IMG/VR virus record: IMGVR_UViG_3300038412_000041
Length of the DNA: 64,000 nt
Origin: a virus
Taxonomy: Duplodnaviria > Heunggongvirae > Uroviricota > Caudoviricetes
Reading direction: 5' to 3' (one strand)
Made by a program: the position numbers and the translations under genes. The notes under the pieces were generated by a model. That model was not told where the DNA came from and ran no database searches. It saw only the letters and a program-made list of their open reading frames with translations. This document shows, in pieces, positions 27,877-36,362 of this stretch (the first letter of the stretch is position 1; the number at the start of each line of letters is the position of its first letter).

Positions 27877-27905
27877 AAGCCGCCTAACAAGCGGCTTTCG
27901 TTTTA
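27877..27905 (+). terminator. intrinsic terminator
   Basis: AAGCCGC/GCGGCTT stem followed by TCGTTTT. Confidence 0.8.
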
Positions 27906-27935
27906 GAGTCTAAACATAGACAAGAGGTACTTGAC

Positions 27936-28262
27936 ATGAAACAAACGATACAAGTTATAGGTTACTGGAGATCAAAATACGAGCCAGAATATCCACAGCC
28001 TGTGGAAAACTCGGCAAGTCCTGCACAAGTTAAAACAATGTTGAAGAACTTGACCTTGTTTATCAGTAACGATTGTGTTACTGAACGTTTCTACAAAGGT
28101 ATATCCAATTGCAGAATTTGTGGCAAAAACAACGGTTCGTCAGAGTACGTCATGCATTTAAATTCAAGAATGTTGGTGATACCAGCGGGTCTGTCACACT
28201 ATATCAAAAATCACAAAGTACTGGTACCTACATTGCTGCGCCCAATCAAAACCAAGGAGTAA
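27936..28262 (+). CDS. hypothetical protein
   Basis: CRICG..NG..E and HYI..H motif seen in many phage early proteins. GAGG RBS. Confidence 0.7.
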   Translation: MKQTIQVIGYWRSKYEPEYPQPVENSASPAQVKTMLKNLTLFISNDCVTERFYKGISNCRICGKNNGSSEYVMHLNSRMLVIPAGLSHYIKNHKVLVPTLLRPIKTKE

Positions 28263-28264
28263 AA

Positions 28265-28468
28265 ATGGAAGCGATCTATGTTAAGCGCACTTTTTATCGC
28301 GCCGAGAATGACGACTTCAAGTTGAATGTCGAACATTTACTGACTCACGATCCAACACTGGAAGCTATACCACAGTATGATCCTGATCAAATCATTGATC
28401 CTCTTTTAAATCCTGATCAAATAGAATATCGTTTGATTGGTTGGAAAATTCAATCAAAGCATGAGTGA
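28265..28468 (+). CDS. hypothetical protein
   Basis: AAGGAG RBS before the ATG at 28265. Confidence 0.6.
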   Translation: MEAIYVKRTFYRAENDDFKLNVEHLLTHDPTLEAIPQYDPDQIIDPLLNPDQIEYRLIGWKIQSKHE

Positions 28469-28475
28469 GGTTAAA

Positions 28476-28712
28476 ATGGAACCAATCTATGTTGGGCTAG
28501 TCAGCTATGCTCTTCCTGCCGCAATTCTAACCGCCCTTATAGGACTGCTGATTGATTTTGGTGGTTGGACTTACTCAAAAGTATATGGAAAGTCTAATCC
28601 AATGTTGGACAAGATCGCCAGATATTTTGAAAAGTTAACCTGGTTGTTTGTATCTATAATGATACCCACAATCTTCGTATGGGTCGTCAGCAATTATAGA
28701 TTTATCCGGTAG
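28476..28712 (+). CDS. small two-helix membrane protein
   Basis: Two hydrophobic segments. Confidence 0.6.
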   Translation: MEPIYVGLVSYALPAAILTALIGLLIDFGGWTYSKVYGKSNPMLDKIARYFEKLTWLFVSIMIPTIFVWVVSNYRFIR

Positions 28713-28734
28713 TATTTTTACAGGAGATTGAAAA

Positions 28735-28950
28735 ATGTTCATACCGAATGAAAACTTACCTCAAAACAAAATTGGGAAAGAATATACTCTAAAGAGAGAT
28801 ATGAAATCTGTAAAAGGTACCATTACAAAAGGAAGTCGCGTAATTGTTGTTGCCTCAGGTGTGCGAGGCTACGATATACGTGATATTGAATCAGGTGAAA
28901 AACTCAGCGAGTGTGGTTATGATATATTTGAGGTTGACCAAAATGGCTGA
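28735..28950 (+). CDS. hypothetical protein
   Basis: 71 aa, AGGAG RBS. Confidence 0.65.
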   Translation: MFIPNENLPQNKIGKEYTLKRDMKSVKGTITKGSRVIVVASGVRGYDIRDIESGEKLSECGYDIFEVDQNG

Positions 28951-29332
28951 AGTTACTGGACCGATAAGCACATTACCTGGAACCGCACACGATACACCTG
29001 ATTCTGCCAAGTGTGACAACCATCCTGAAGTTGCTGCATATATCCGCGTACAAGGTGAAACGGATAGTTTTGGTTCGGAAATGTCTGATCTTTGCGAAGC
29101 TTGCTATGTCGAATATAAGGCAGAAACTGCAAAGTATGCGGCAGAAAGAGCTACAGGCAAGTGTGATTGGTGTGGCAACAATGTCACAGACCTCAAGCAA
29201 ATGCGTGATTGGGAAGAAGGTTCTTACGGCCCCATCTATGATGTTTGTGGAGTTTGTCGTAAACGTCGTAAAGAGGAAGATGAGCGAGAGTTTGAAGTTT
29301 CTTATGACCCGTATAATTGGGTAGACGGTTGA
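28943..29332 (+). CDS. Cys-rich (zinc-binding) hypothetical protein
   Basis: CDNH, CEAC, CDWC, CGVC. Start refined to 28943. Confidence 0.7.
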   Translation: MAEVTGPISTLPGTAHDTPDSAKCDNHPEVAAYIRVQGETDSFGSEMSDLCEACYVEYKAETAKYAAERATGKCDWCGNNVTDLKQMRDWEEGSYGPIYDVCGVCRKRRKEEDEREFEVSYDPYNWVDG

Positions 29333-29352
29333 CCATATCAATGGAGGAATAA

Positions 29353-29904
29353 ATGTCCAACAAGTACGAATTTACAGGCAAGACAAAAACCGTGTGCGGC
29401 GTTGAGCTAAAGCAAATCCGTGCCATTGTTTCCTTTGGTTCGATTACCAAAGGTGAGATTGGAGGATGGATTTCCGAAGAAGGAAATCTTTCGCAAAACG
29501 GCAACGCTTGGGTATCCGGTGATGCTCATGTGTACGGCAACTCTCAGGTATCCGACAACTCTCAGGTATCCGGTGATGCTCATGTGTTCGACGATGCTCG
29601 GGTATCCGGTGATGCTCTGGTATTCGGTGATGCTCGTGTGTCCGGTGACGCTGATTTTATGCTGGTTGGCTATCTTGGATCACGCCGTGCATTTCTCACA
29701 ATTCACGCCGATGCAAAGATCGGTATACGTTGGACCACCGGATGCTTTTCAGGAACCGAAGATCAGTTTAAGGAAGCCATCCAAAAGACTCACGGAGACA
29801 ACGAGTACGCAAAGCAGTACCTGGCAGCTATTGATTTTGCGTCCAGCATTGTAAAAGCAAAATCCGTAAGTATGGACGTTGTAAACCAGGTTGCATCTAA
29901 TTAA
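29353..29904 (+). CDS. hexapeptide-repeat (left-handed beta-helix-like) phage protein
   Basis: Repeating V(S/Y/F)G(D/N)Ax hexamers, GGAGG RBS. Confidence 0.8.
   Translation: MSNKYEFTGKTKTVCGVELKQIRAIVSFGSITKGEIGGWISEEGNLSQNGNAWVSGDAHVYGNSQVSDNSQVSGDAHVFDDARVSGDALVFGDARVSGDADFMLVGYLGSRRAFLTIHADAKIGIRWTTGCFSGTEDQFKEAIQKTHGDNEYAKQYLAAIDFASSIVKAKSVSMDVVNQVASN
29500..29652 (+). repeat. coding 18-bp imperfect tandem repeat
   Basis: Units like GTATCCGGTGATGCTCAT encode the hexapeptide repeats. Confidence 0.8.
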
Positions 29905-29914
29905 AGGAACTATA

Positions 29915-30172
29915 ATGCGAGAAATCAAATACATTGTCGGGCATTTCAAAGGTGGCAATCTTGTGGTACCTTCTGCTGTCATGTTTGGCTCAGAGATTCC
30001 ACACTCGCAATTTGCTATATTGTTTGACAAGATTTTAGGTGCTGGCTTCTGCGTTATCGAAAGCAACAAAGCCAAAGTCTACGGAGAGTCTTATACACTG
30101 AAAGTAAAGGCCCAACCCAAAGACGTGGTAACCTTGGAAGCTACTTTCTGCAAATCGCCATTTGATCTTTAA
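29915..30172 (+). CDS. hypothetical protein (paralog of 61595-61861)
   Basis: KY...MF....H.......AGF......YGES..L pattern. Confidence 0.7.
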   Translation: MREIKYIVGHFKGGNLVVPSAVMFGSEIPHSQFAILFDKILGAGFCVIESNKAKVYGESYTLKVKAQPKDVVTLEATFCKSPFDL

Positions 30173-30183
30173 AGGAAATCAAA

Positions 30184-30414
30184 ATGCCAAAGTCCAAGAA
30201 ACAGAAACAGGAAGAAGCAATCGAACGCAAACGTGCAGCCTTTAAACACCACATTAAGTGGTGGACAATAGCGCACAACCGTCTGGCAAATCCTCCAAGT
30301 GGCGCAAGTGACATTGACATGAAACTCTTGAAAGCCTCTGCTGAATCTGCGGAAGCTTCTCTGGTAAAAGCCGCTTACGAAGCACAAGTTGATCGTTACG
30401 GCAACCCTATTTAA
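30184..30414 (+). CDS. hypothetical protein
   Basis: 76 aa, AAGGA RBS. Confidence 0.65.
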   Translation: MPKSKKQKQEEAIERKRAAFKHHIKWWTIAHNRLANPPSGASDIDMKLLKASAESAEASLVKAAYEAQVDRYGNPI

Positions 30415-30429
30415 AAAGTGAGGTTGAAG

Positions 30430-30651
30430 ATGAAACACGAAGCCTGTGGCTACGAGTATACAGAATACATTTCTAATGGTGATCTGCCTATTAGTGGTGA
30501 AAAAGGAGATTTCTTTCAATTAAAGGACAAAGTTGAAAGATTCAACAAAAAGCTTGGAGTTTTTGAAATACAAAGACTTTACGCTTGTCCTAACTGTGGT
30601 GGAGCGTTCATACTCGGTGTGACAAGTTTCGCACTACCTGTACAAAACTGA
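30430..30651 (+). CDS. small zinc-ribbon-like protein
   Basis: HEACG ... CPNCGG. Confidence 0.6.
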   Translation: MKHEACGYEYTEYISNGDLPISGEKGDFFQLKDKVERFNKKLGVFEIQRLYACPNCGGAFILGVTSFALPVQN

Positions 30652-30678
30652 TTGATTTACAAATTGGGGGATGATAAA

Positions 30679-31134
30679 ATGGTATCATTGAGACATGCTA
30701 CAAATCGCCAACTTCAAATAGCCGCTCGCCACGTAGGTCTTGGTGGACGCTCTTCAGTAATGCTCGAAGCCGTCGAAGCAAAACGGTTAACGAGTGACAA
30801 CCGAAAGATTTTAATTGTGGGTCTGGAAAGTCTTGGCTATCTAAATCTGGATACATCCAATCCTGACCACATCAAACCTGTAAAAACGGTGTTGAAGAAA
30901 CCGAAGAAGACAAAGTACACAACAGAGCAGTTGCAACTTGCATTCATGAAGGTAGCAAGTAACAAAGACTGGAAAGACAAGATTTGCAAAGTCATTGATA
31001 TGCCTTCTCCTGCAGATGAAGAGTTGCTGACACAAGCAATCATCACATTCACCGGAAGTATCCCTGAATACACAAGACTTTGTGGAAACAAGGTCAAAGT
31101 AAAAGCTGTAGGTTACTACGCATCCATTGGTTAA
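30679..31134 (+). CDS. hypothetical protein
   Basis: GGGGG RBS, ATG at 30679. Confidence 0.65.
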   Translation: MVSLRHATNRQLQIAARHVGLGGRSSVMLEAVEAKRLTSDNRKILIVGLESLGYLNLDTSNPDHIKPVKTVLKKPKKTKYTTEQLQLAFMKVASNKDWKDKICKVIDMPSPADEELLTQAIITFTGSIPEYTRLCGNKVKVKAVGYYASIG

Positions 31135-31182
31135 ACCTCAAAGTTTTCTTAATTCTGTTAACAAACAGTAGAGGAGTATAAA

Positions 31183-31620
31183 ATGTCGACAAAGATTGAA
31201 ATCCATGTTATTTCCTATGAAGGAATATCAAACTACTCAACACATCATGGACTCAAAGTTCTTTCAGGTTACGCGGAAAACGGAAAACCTTGGGAGAACT
31301 TTAAATCTCTGGAAGATGCGGTATATCATGCTGAAGTGTATTGTTCTGCCTACCAAATCAAAGTTGACGGAGTGACTGTTCCTTTTGAAGAAATTCAAAC
31401 TATCAAAAAGAAGTGGAAAACTACAAGTGCTGAATATCGTCTAGGTGAATACTGTAAATGGAGTTTGCCCGATCCAATGAATGACGATCCAAAAGTAGTA
31501 AAGCACAGGTACGTAGATATCACGATTACGTACAACAACGGTAAGCCTCCTCTAAAAGAAACATTGGAGCTTCCAGAAAAAGAAGCAGCTAAGTTAGTAG
31601 AGTTAATGAGCATAGCTTAA
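31183..31620 (+). CDS. hypothetical protein
   Basis: 145 aa, GAGGAG RBS. Confidence 0.7.
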   Translation: MSTKIEIHVISYEGISNYSTHHGLKVLSGYAENGKPWENFKSLEDAVYHAEVYCSAYQIKVDGVTVPFEEIQTIKKKWKTTSAEYRLGEYCKWSLPDPMNDDPKVVKHRYVDITITYNNGKPPLKETLELPEKEAAKLVELMSIA

Positions 31621-31641
31621 TCATAAGATAAGGAGTCCAAG

Positions 31642-31998
31642 ATGGAAACACTTAACATGAACACAACAATCGTAATTAAGGCTCTTGAAGAGTTTATTGC
31701 GAAACGTGAAAACGAAAAAGTTTCTCTTGGAGCTGTGCTTGATGCAAATTTCGCAAGAAAAGAAATTGCCAGGATCGCCAGATTCAAGTCTTTCACTAGT
31801 GTAGAGGCTCTAAATATCGGAGGCAGTTGGTTGGGTACAACACGTGAATGGATGAAGGCCAATTACCATAATGGAGAACGTGTTACGTTTGGCAGTCAAG
31901 AGTTGCTTGAAGGTCCAAATCCACTACGCACTCCTTCTGACGTTGATTGGTTAGCTGCTAAGATTGCTGCTTCTACCTTGCGCTGTGTATTCAACTAA
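31642..31998 (+). CDS. hypothetical protein
   Basis: 118 aa, AAGGAG RBS. Confidence 0.7.
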   Translation: METLNMNTTIVIKALEEFIAKRENEKVSLGAVLDANFARKEIARIARFKSFTSVEALNIGGSWLGTTREWMKANYHNGERVTFGSQELLEGPNPLRTPSDVDWLAAKIAASTLRCVFN

Positions 31999-32012
31999 TC
32001 TGGAAACCAAAA

Positions 32013-32153
32013 GTGATTAAATATAAAGATGGTTGGATTGCAAAAGGTAGTCAAGCTTACGAGTTGTATGAGAAAAAGGAGTTCGACAAACTTGATGCTC
32101 ATATAAAAAAGCTACAACAGAAAGAGCTTGATCTCATTAACAAGTACAAGTAG
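32013..32153 (+). CDS. small hypothetical protein (46 aa, below ORF-track cutoff)
   Basis: MIKYKDGWIAKGSQAYELYEKKEFDKLDAHIKK... fills the intergenic gap in the operon. Confidence 0.55.
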   Translation: MIKYKDGWIAKGSQAYELYEKKEFDKLDAHIKKLQQKELDLINKYK

Positions 32154-32162
32154 GAGTTCTTC

Positions 32163-32417
32163 ATGTCTTATTGCAGAAATGGTCTTGATTCAGACGTTTA
32201 CATGTGGGGAGGTATTGACGGTTCTTATTCCATATACGCTGATGGGTCTGGACAACAACGATTTTGGTATACAACGAAATCCTTAGTCGCAGCAATGTTG
32301 TATCTAAAAAGACTGCGTTCTAAAGGTGTGAGAACACCGCAGTTTGCGTTTCAGCGAATCAAGAAGGATCTTGGTATTCCTTATAACAAGATCACTCTTC
32401 GCAAGAGTGAGAAATAA
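32163..32417 (+). CDS. hypothetical protein
   Basis: 84 aa, MSYCR...SDVY start, AGGAG RBS. Confidence 0.65.
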   Translation: MSYCRNGLDSDVYMWGGIDGSYSIYADGSGQQRFWYTTKSLVAAMLYLKRLRSKGVRTPQFAFQRIKKDLGIPYNKITLRKSEK

Positions 32418-32439
32418 CACTTTAACTAGGAGAATGTAA

Positions 32440-32619
32440 ATGAATACAGTATTGGTAATGCTCATGTGTGTAGGTGCACAATGTAATTTTGAACCTCTTT
32501 ACGCGATAGTGTTTCCAACAGAAGCTGCCTGTCTGGAAGCTGCAAAACAACACAGTGAGTGGATGGTTAACAAACCTCACGCTACCTGTGTTCCTGAAAT
32601 CAAAATCGACAAAAAATAA
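32440..32619 (+). CDS. small secreted Cys-containing protein (59 aa, below ORF-track cutoff)
   Basis: AGGAG RBS, MNTVLVMLMCVGAQC hydrophobic start, four Cys. Confidence 0.6.
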   Translation: MNTVLVMLMCVGAQCNFEPLYAIVFPTEAACLEAAKQHSEWMVNKPHATCVPEIKIDKK

Positions 32620-32629
32620 GGAGCCGAAA

Positions 32630-32833
32630 ATGGAAGTTTGTGCTAACTGTGGATACCATTTGTCTCCGACTGATCCTAGCGGAGAATCCCAGATTTACTC
32701 ACAAGATGTTGACTACATCTTGTGCGATCCTTGTTGGCACATGGAAGATTCATTCATTGAGAGTCAAGGACACAACGAATCACCAGAAAGATTGAAACAC
32801 TATTCTGATACATTAAAAGGAGCTCAAACATGA
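32630..32833 (+). CDS. small zinc-finger-like protein
   Basis: CANC ... CDPC, AAGGAG RBS before 32630. Confidence 0.6.
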   Translation: MEVCANCGYHLSPTDPSGESQIYSQDVDYILCDPCWHMEDSFIESQGHNESPERLKHYSDTLKGAQT

Positions 32834-33033
32834 GCTATAACAAATTTCAAGACGAGCTAATAAGCTTCTGGATATTCTTGAAAATAAACGTAGATAATCC
32901 TGATTTGTCAGATGAGGATTTTCGCAAGATTGTCAGAAACAGTTTGCCTGCAGAAGGTTTGGAAACTATGACCAAGAGAAATCAAGGGCAAAATGGGCAA
33001 ATTTACCAGAGCGTGACACCTGATTATCTTTGA
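32830..33033 (+). CDS. hypothetical protein
   Basis: 67 aa, ATGA overlap. Confidence 0.55.
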   Translation: MSYNKFQDELISFWIFLKINVDNPDLSDEDFRKIVRNSLPAEGLETMTKRNQGQNGQIYQSVTPDYL

Positions 33034-33079
33034 GTTTATCTAGTGATCGTTCGTAAACATACGATAAGGAGTTTTCAAA

Positions 33080-33751
33080 ATGGCAAATACTGTGAAATTC
33101 AATGTTGGGCATTTTCCTGTTGGCACAATTTGTGAAGTAGCTGTTGAAAATGCACTTGATCCATGGCCGAAATTGGTTAAGGTACTTGGTGTTATCTGTA
33201 ATGGACCAAACAGTTACATCCTTGATGTACAACACCTTGGTGAAGATTTGGTACATACTTCAACAGAAGTTGATATGTATAACATCTGCTGGGTCACACG
33301 AATTATCAAGCGTGGAGAAGGCACTGCTGTTTTAGACAAAACACGTACAAAATCAAGACTAGTACATACAGAAAAATTTTACCAAGCTAATCTGGGTGTG
33401 CGTCACAAACCAAAAACGAAATACATGACATTCTCACCAACAGAGTTAACCCATATGGTAACCTACAAGTATATCAAGGATGATATGTTGGTAGCTTGGG
33501 AAAAGCTTTTAGATTTATTGTTCCTACACGGTGTCATTCAAAGTGTGTATTTGACCGAGTATCAACAAACACACTCAAGACCTGAAGGATTACGTTACTT
33601 CGTTGTTTCTAAGAAAAGAATGAACGCTTTTATAAAGCAGGTGATAAACAAATGCTTGCTTAATAGAAAGAAAGAACAGGCACGTCAGAACAAAGAACTT
33701 GAACTAGATACCTATAATGAGTATTGGTTGACTTCTGACCAAACAATTTAA
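33080..33751 (+). CDS. hypothetical protein
   Basis: 223 aa, AAGGAG RBS. Confidence 0.72.
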   Translation: MANTVKFNVGHFPVGTICEVAVENALDPWPKLVKVLGVICNGPNSYILDVQHLGEDLVHTSTEVDMYNICWVTRIIKRGEGTAVLDKTRTKSRLVHTEKFYQANLGVRHKPKTKYMTFSPTELTHMVTYKYIKDDMLVAWEKLLDLLFLHGVIQSVYLTEYQQTHSRPEGLRYFVVSKKRMNAFIKQVINKCLLNRKKEQARQNKELELDTYNEYWLTSDQTI

Positions 33752-33774
33752 TTCAAAATCTATTAGAGGTCATC

Positions 33775-34125
33775 ATGTACACACAAGAAGAAGCAAAAAC
33801 CAAGCTTTGTTCTGTATTTTCCATTTTGAAACATGCGCGAGATATACATTGCATGGGTAGTGATTGTGCAATGTGGCGTTTTGTTCCTATTAACCTTAAT
33901 GAACGCCAGTATATCTATGCTGACTGTGAGGAAGCGCAAACTGAAAAAGAAGCAGGACCAATACCAAGCAAAGTTTTGAAAAACCATGAAAATTGGAAGT
34001 TTATGCCGTGGAGGGATTCTCACAAGTTTGATGCTGAAGCAGATGGTGCAGGTTGGCTTGAAACAGAAGAAGCGATGAAAAACAGAATCGGAAAAGGGTA
34101 CTGCGGTCTTGCAGGAAAACCATAA
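33775..34125 (+). CDS. hypothetical Cys-containing protein
   Basis: C...C.G..CAMWR ... GYCGLAG. Confidence 0.68.
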   Translation: MYTQEEAKTKLCSVFSILKHARDIHCMGSDCAMWRFVPINLNERQYIYADCEEAQTEKEAGPIPSKVLKNHENWKFMPWRDSHKFDAEADGAGWLETEEAMKNRIGKGYCGLAGKP

Positions 34126-34158
34126 TTGTTGGAAAACATTCCAAACTAAGGAGTTAAC

Positions 34159-34605
34159 GTGAAACTTTTAACAACCATTGAACCTGGTGTCAAAGAAATC
34201 CAAGTTGAAGGATGGAAACATGGATTAGGTCATGAAGTCCCAATGTTGGAACTTGATGGTTACGTGTTTTGCAATATTGTTAGTACTGGTATGCTTGTAA
34301 GAGGCGAAGATAAACCGATAGTTAACTATTGTACGTTTGCCTACTGCATGAAGCTTGACTACGTTAGAGTAGACAAAGAGTTTTCTGACCTTGTATCAGA
34401 AATCGGAAAACTCGCAGAAAAAGTAGCTCCAGATTATCCAGGAATAGAAGAATGTGATAGTAAGGAACAGTTGTATGCTATCAAATCAACCATTCGAGGC
34501 ATCTGTATGGCTAACGGTGACTTGCACAAGGTTCTTCATATACTGATGGAAAAGTATAATATTACAAATGAAGAGCTTGAAAATCTTTTTAAAAGGATAT
34601 CATAG
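34159..34605 (+). CDS. hypothetical protein
   Basis: 148 aa, AAGGAG RBS. Confidence 0.68.
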   Translation: MKLLTTIEPGVKEIQVEGWKHGLGHEVPMLELDGYVFCNIVSTGMLVRGEDKPIVNYCTFAYCMKLDYVRVDKEFSDLVSEIGKLAEKVAPDYPGIEECDSKEQLYAIKSTIRGICMANGDLHKVLHILMEKYNITNEELENLFKRIS

Positions 34606-34608
34606 ACC

Positions 34609-35091
34609 ATGAAGAACATTTATTTGGTGCAACGTGGTGACATTACAATGACACCTGACAAAGATGTTCCTCTGCGAGACGTTCTAGTATATGACTATAT
34701 GGGAGCAGCAGAATTTGAAGGTGGTGCATTGGGAAAATCATTGATGGCGCTTTATAAAGACCTGGATAAATACAAAGCAATCAAAGTTCCAGCTATAGTC
34801 AAAGGTGAGAGTGAGTTACGTCTTTTCTATAATGGAGACTGGTTGACAGAGGACTTGGAAGCATATATACTTCAATTGACGAAGCACTATATTGGTGGTT
34901 CTTCTGCACCATACTCTAAAGAGAGTCTTTATCTTTCCAAAAAAGACCTGACAGATAACCACACTTTTAACAAACCTGCCTTTTGGTGGGATATCCAGAA
35001 TCACACTTTCTTCAGTTTCAACAAACTCTTTATAAATCGTTTGCCTCGTTACATCAAAACGAGCGCAAACATCCGGTTATTAACTGCTTAA
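34609..35091 (+). CDS. hypothetical protein
   Basis: DYMGAAEFEGGAL ... WWDI.N motif. Confidence 0.68.
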   Translation: MKNIYLVQRGDITMTPDKDVPLRDVLVYDYMGAAEFEGGALGKSLMALYKDLDKYKAIKVPAIVKGESELRLFYNGDWLTEDLEAYILQLTKHYIGGSSAPYSKESLYLSKKDLTDNHTFNKPAFWWDIQNHTFFSFNKLFINRLPRYIKTSANIRLLTA

Positions 35092-35106
35092 CTATAGAGG
35101 TCAATC

Positions 35107-35451
35107 ATGACGACTGAAATTGCTGATGTAGAAAACAACGTAGAAGATGATGTTAAAGTAGAGGAATTTTCTAAAACCGAACGTCCAAAGATGGGAACCG
35201 TCAGAGTCCTTAACGATAATACAACACCATTTCAATGGGTAGTCGGTGTGCTTGTTGATATTTTTGGCAAGTCCAGCGAAGAGTCGGAAAGGATCATGAT
35301 GGAAGCTCACTACTCAGGTTCATCTGTTGTGGATACATACCCAATGGATGTTGCAGAAACCAAAGTCTCGCAAGGTACAGAGTGGATGCTTCAAATCCAT
35401 GCAATGCACAACATCGAGTCAAACTTTAAATTTGACATTCAAGCTTCCTGA
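35107..35451 (+). CDS. clpS: ClpS-like N-end-rule adaptor
   Basis: VRVLNDNTTPFQWVVGVLVDIFG ... IMMEAHYSGSSVVDTYPMDVAETKV. Confidence 0.88.
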   Translation: MTTEIADVENNVEDDVKVEEFSKTERPKMGTVRVLNDNTTPFQWVVGVLVDIFGKSSEESERIMMEAHYSGSSVVDTYPMDVAETKVSQGTEWMLQIHAMHNIESNFKFDIQAS

Positions 35452-35457
35452 GTTAAA

Positions 35458-35542
35458 GGGTGATTGGCGGAATTGGTAGACGCACCAGATTTAGGTTCTG
35501 GCGTTTAATTACGTGGGAGTTCGAGTCTCCCATCACCCACCA
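35458..35542 (+). tRNA. tRNA-Leu (anticodon TAG)
   Basis: Acceptor GGGTGAT/ATCACCC, anticodon arm CCAGA-TTTAGGT-TCTGG, long variable arm, GTTCGAG T-loop, encoded CCA. Confidence 0.95.
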
Positions 35543-35563
35543 TTTAACAAATAAGAGGTTAAC

Positions 35564-36112
35564 ATGCAATCTATCGTTGAACAACGCAATACTGTCACAT
35601 TCCCTGCATTTATTGGCGAGCGTGTTTACATGCAACCATTTCTCAAAAAAGACGGTTTACCTGAAGCTCTGCGTCAGAGGTGGCAAGCAACGATTGATGC
35701 CATGCTCGAAGGAGTAGAAACAGACAAACCGATCTATCTCATGATTGACCAGCAACGCGTGACTGTTGGTAGTTACCACCGGCGTCCAGGTCTCCACATT
35801 GATGGTTACTGGAATCCTGGTGTTGGGCATCATACAGGACACATCCATACAAACTTTCTTAAAGAAGGTCTGATTCTTGCTTCAAGCGTGCAAGCTTGCC
35901 GAGCATTTATCGGTGAGTACCATGAGCTTCCTGGTGATGGTGGAGATTGCTCTCACGTAGACACTTCTAAGATGGAAGAAATTATTTTCAAGGAAAACAA
36001 TGTGTACGCTGGCAATGTAGGTTTGCTGCATGAGAGTTTGCCTGTAAAGCAAGATTGTTTCCGTACTTTGGTTCGTTTGAATGTACCTGGATGGGAATCA
36101 GTTGTAATTTGA
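35564..36112 (+). CDS. 2OG-Fe(II) oxygenase-like (DSBH fold) protein
   Basis: HRRPGLHIDG (HxD), distal LHES, RTLVRL. Confidence 0.6.
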   Translation: MQSIVEQRNTVTFPAFIGERVYMQPFLKKDGLPEALRQRWQATIDAMLEGVETDKPIYLMIDQQRVTVGSYHRRPGLHIDGYWNPGVGHHTGHIHTNFLKEGLILASSVQACRAFIGEYHELPGDGGDCSHVDTSKMEEIIFKENNVYAGNVGLLHESLPVKQDCFRTLVRLNVPGWESVVI

Positions 36113-36168
36113 AAAAGGTGTATAAGCGCGACCTATTAAACTGCGCTAACTTAAAAAGGAGAAAGCAA

Positions 36169-36306
36169 GTGACTGAAGAAACGAGCAACACACAACCATC
36201 TGAAGAAACCAGTGCAACGGAACAGATCAAAGAAGCAGAAGTTATCCCGCAAGCAAACAAAGAGAAGCCAAAGGAATCGAAGCCGAGAAAAGATCAGCCT
36301 CGTTAA
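36169..36306 (+). CDS. small charged low-complexity peptide
   Basis: AAGGAG RBS before the GTG at 36169. Confidence 0.45.
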   Translation: MTEETSNTQPSEETSATEQIKEAEVIPQANKEKPKESKPRKDQPR

Positions 36307-36362
36307 CGTTCAATCTGGGCAATTCAATACGAATTGCCCAGATTCTTTTCAAGGAGATTGAA

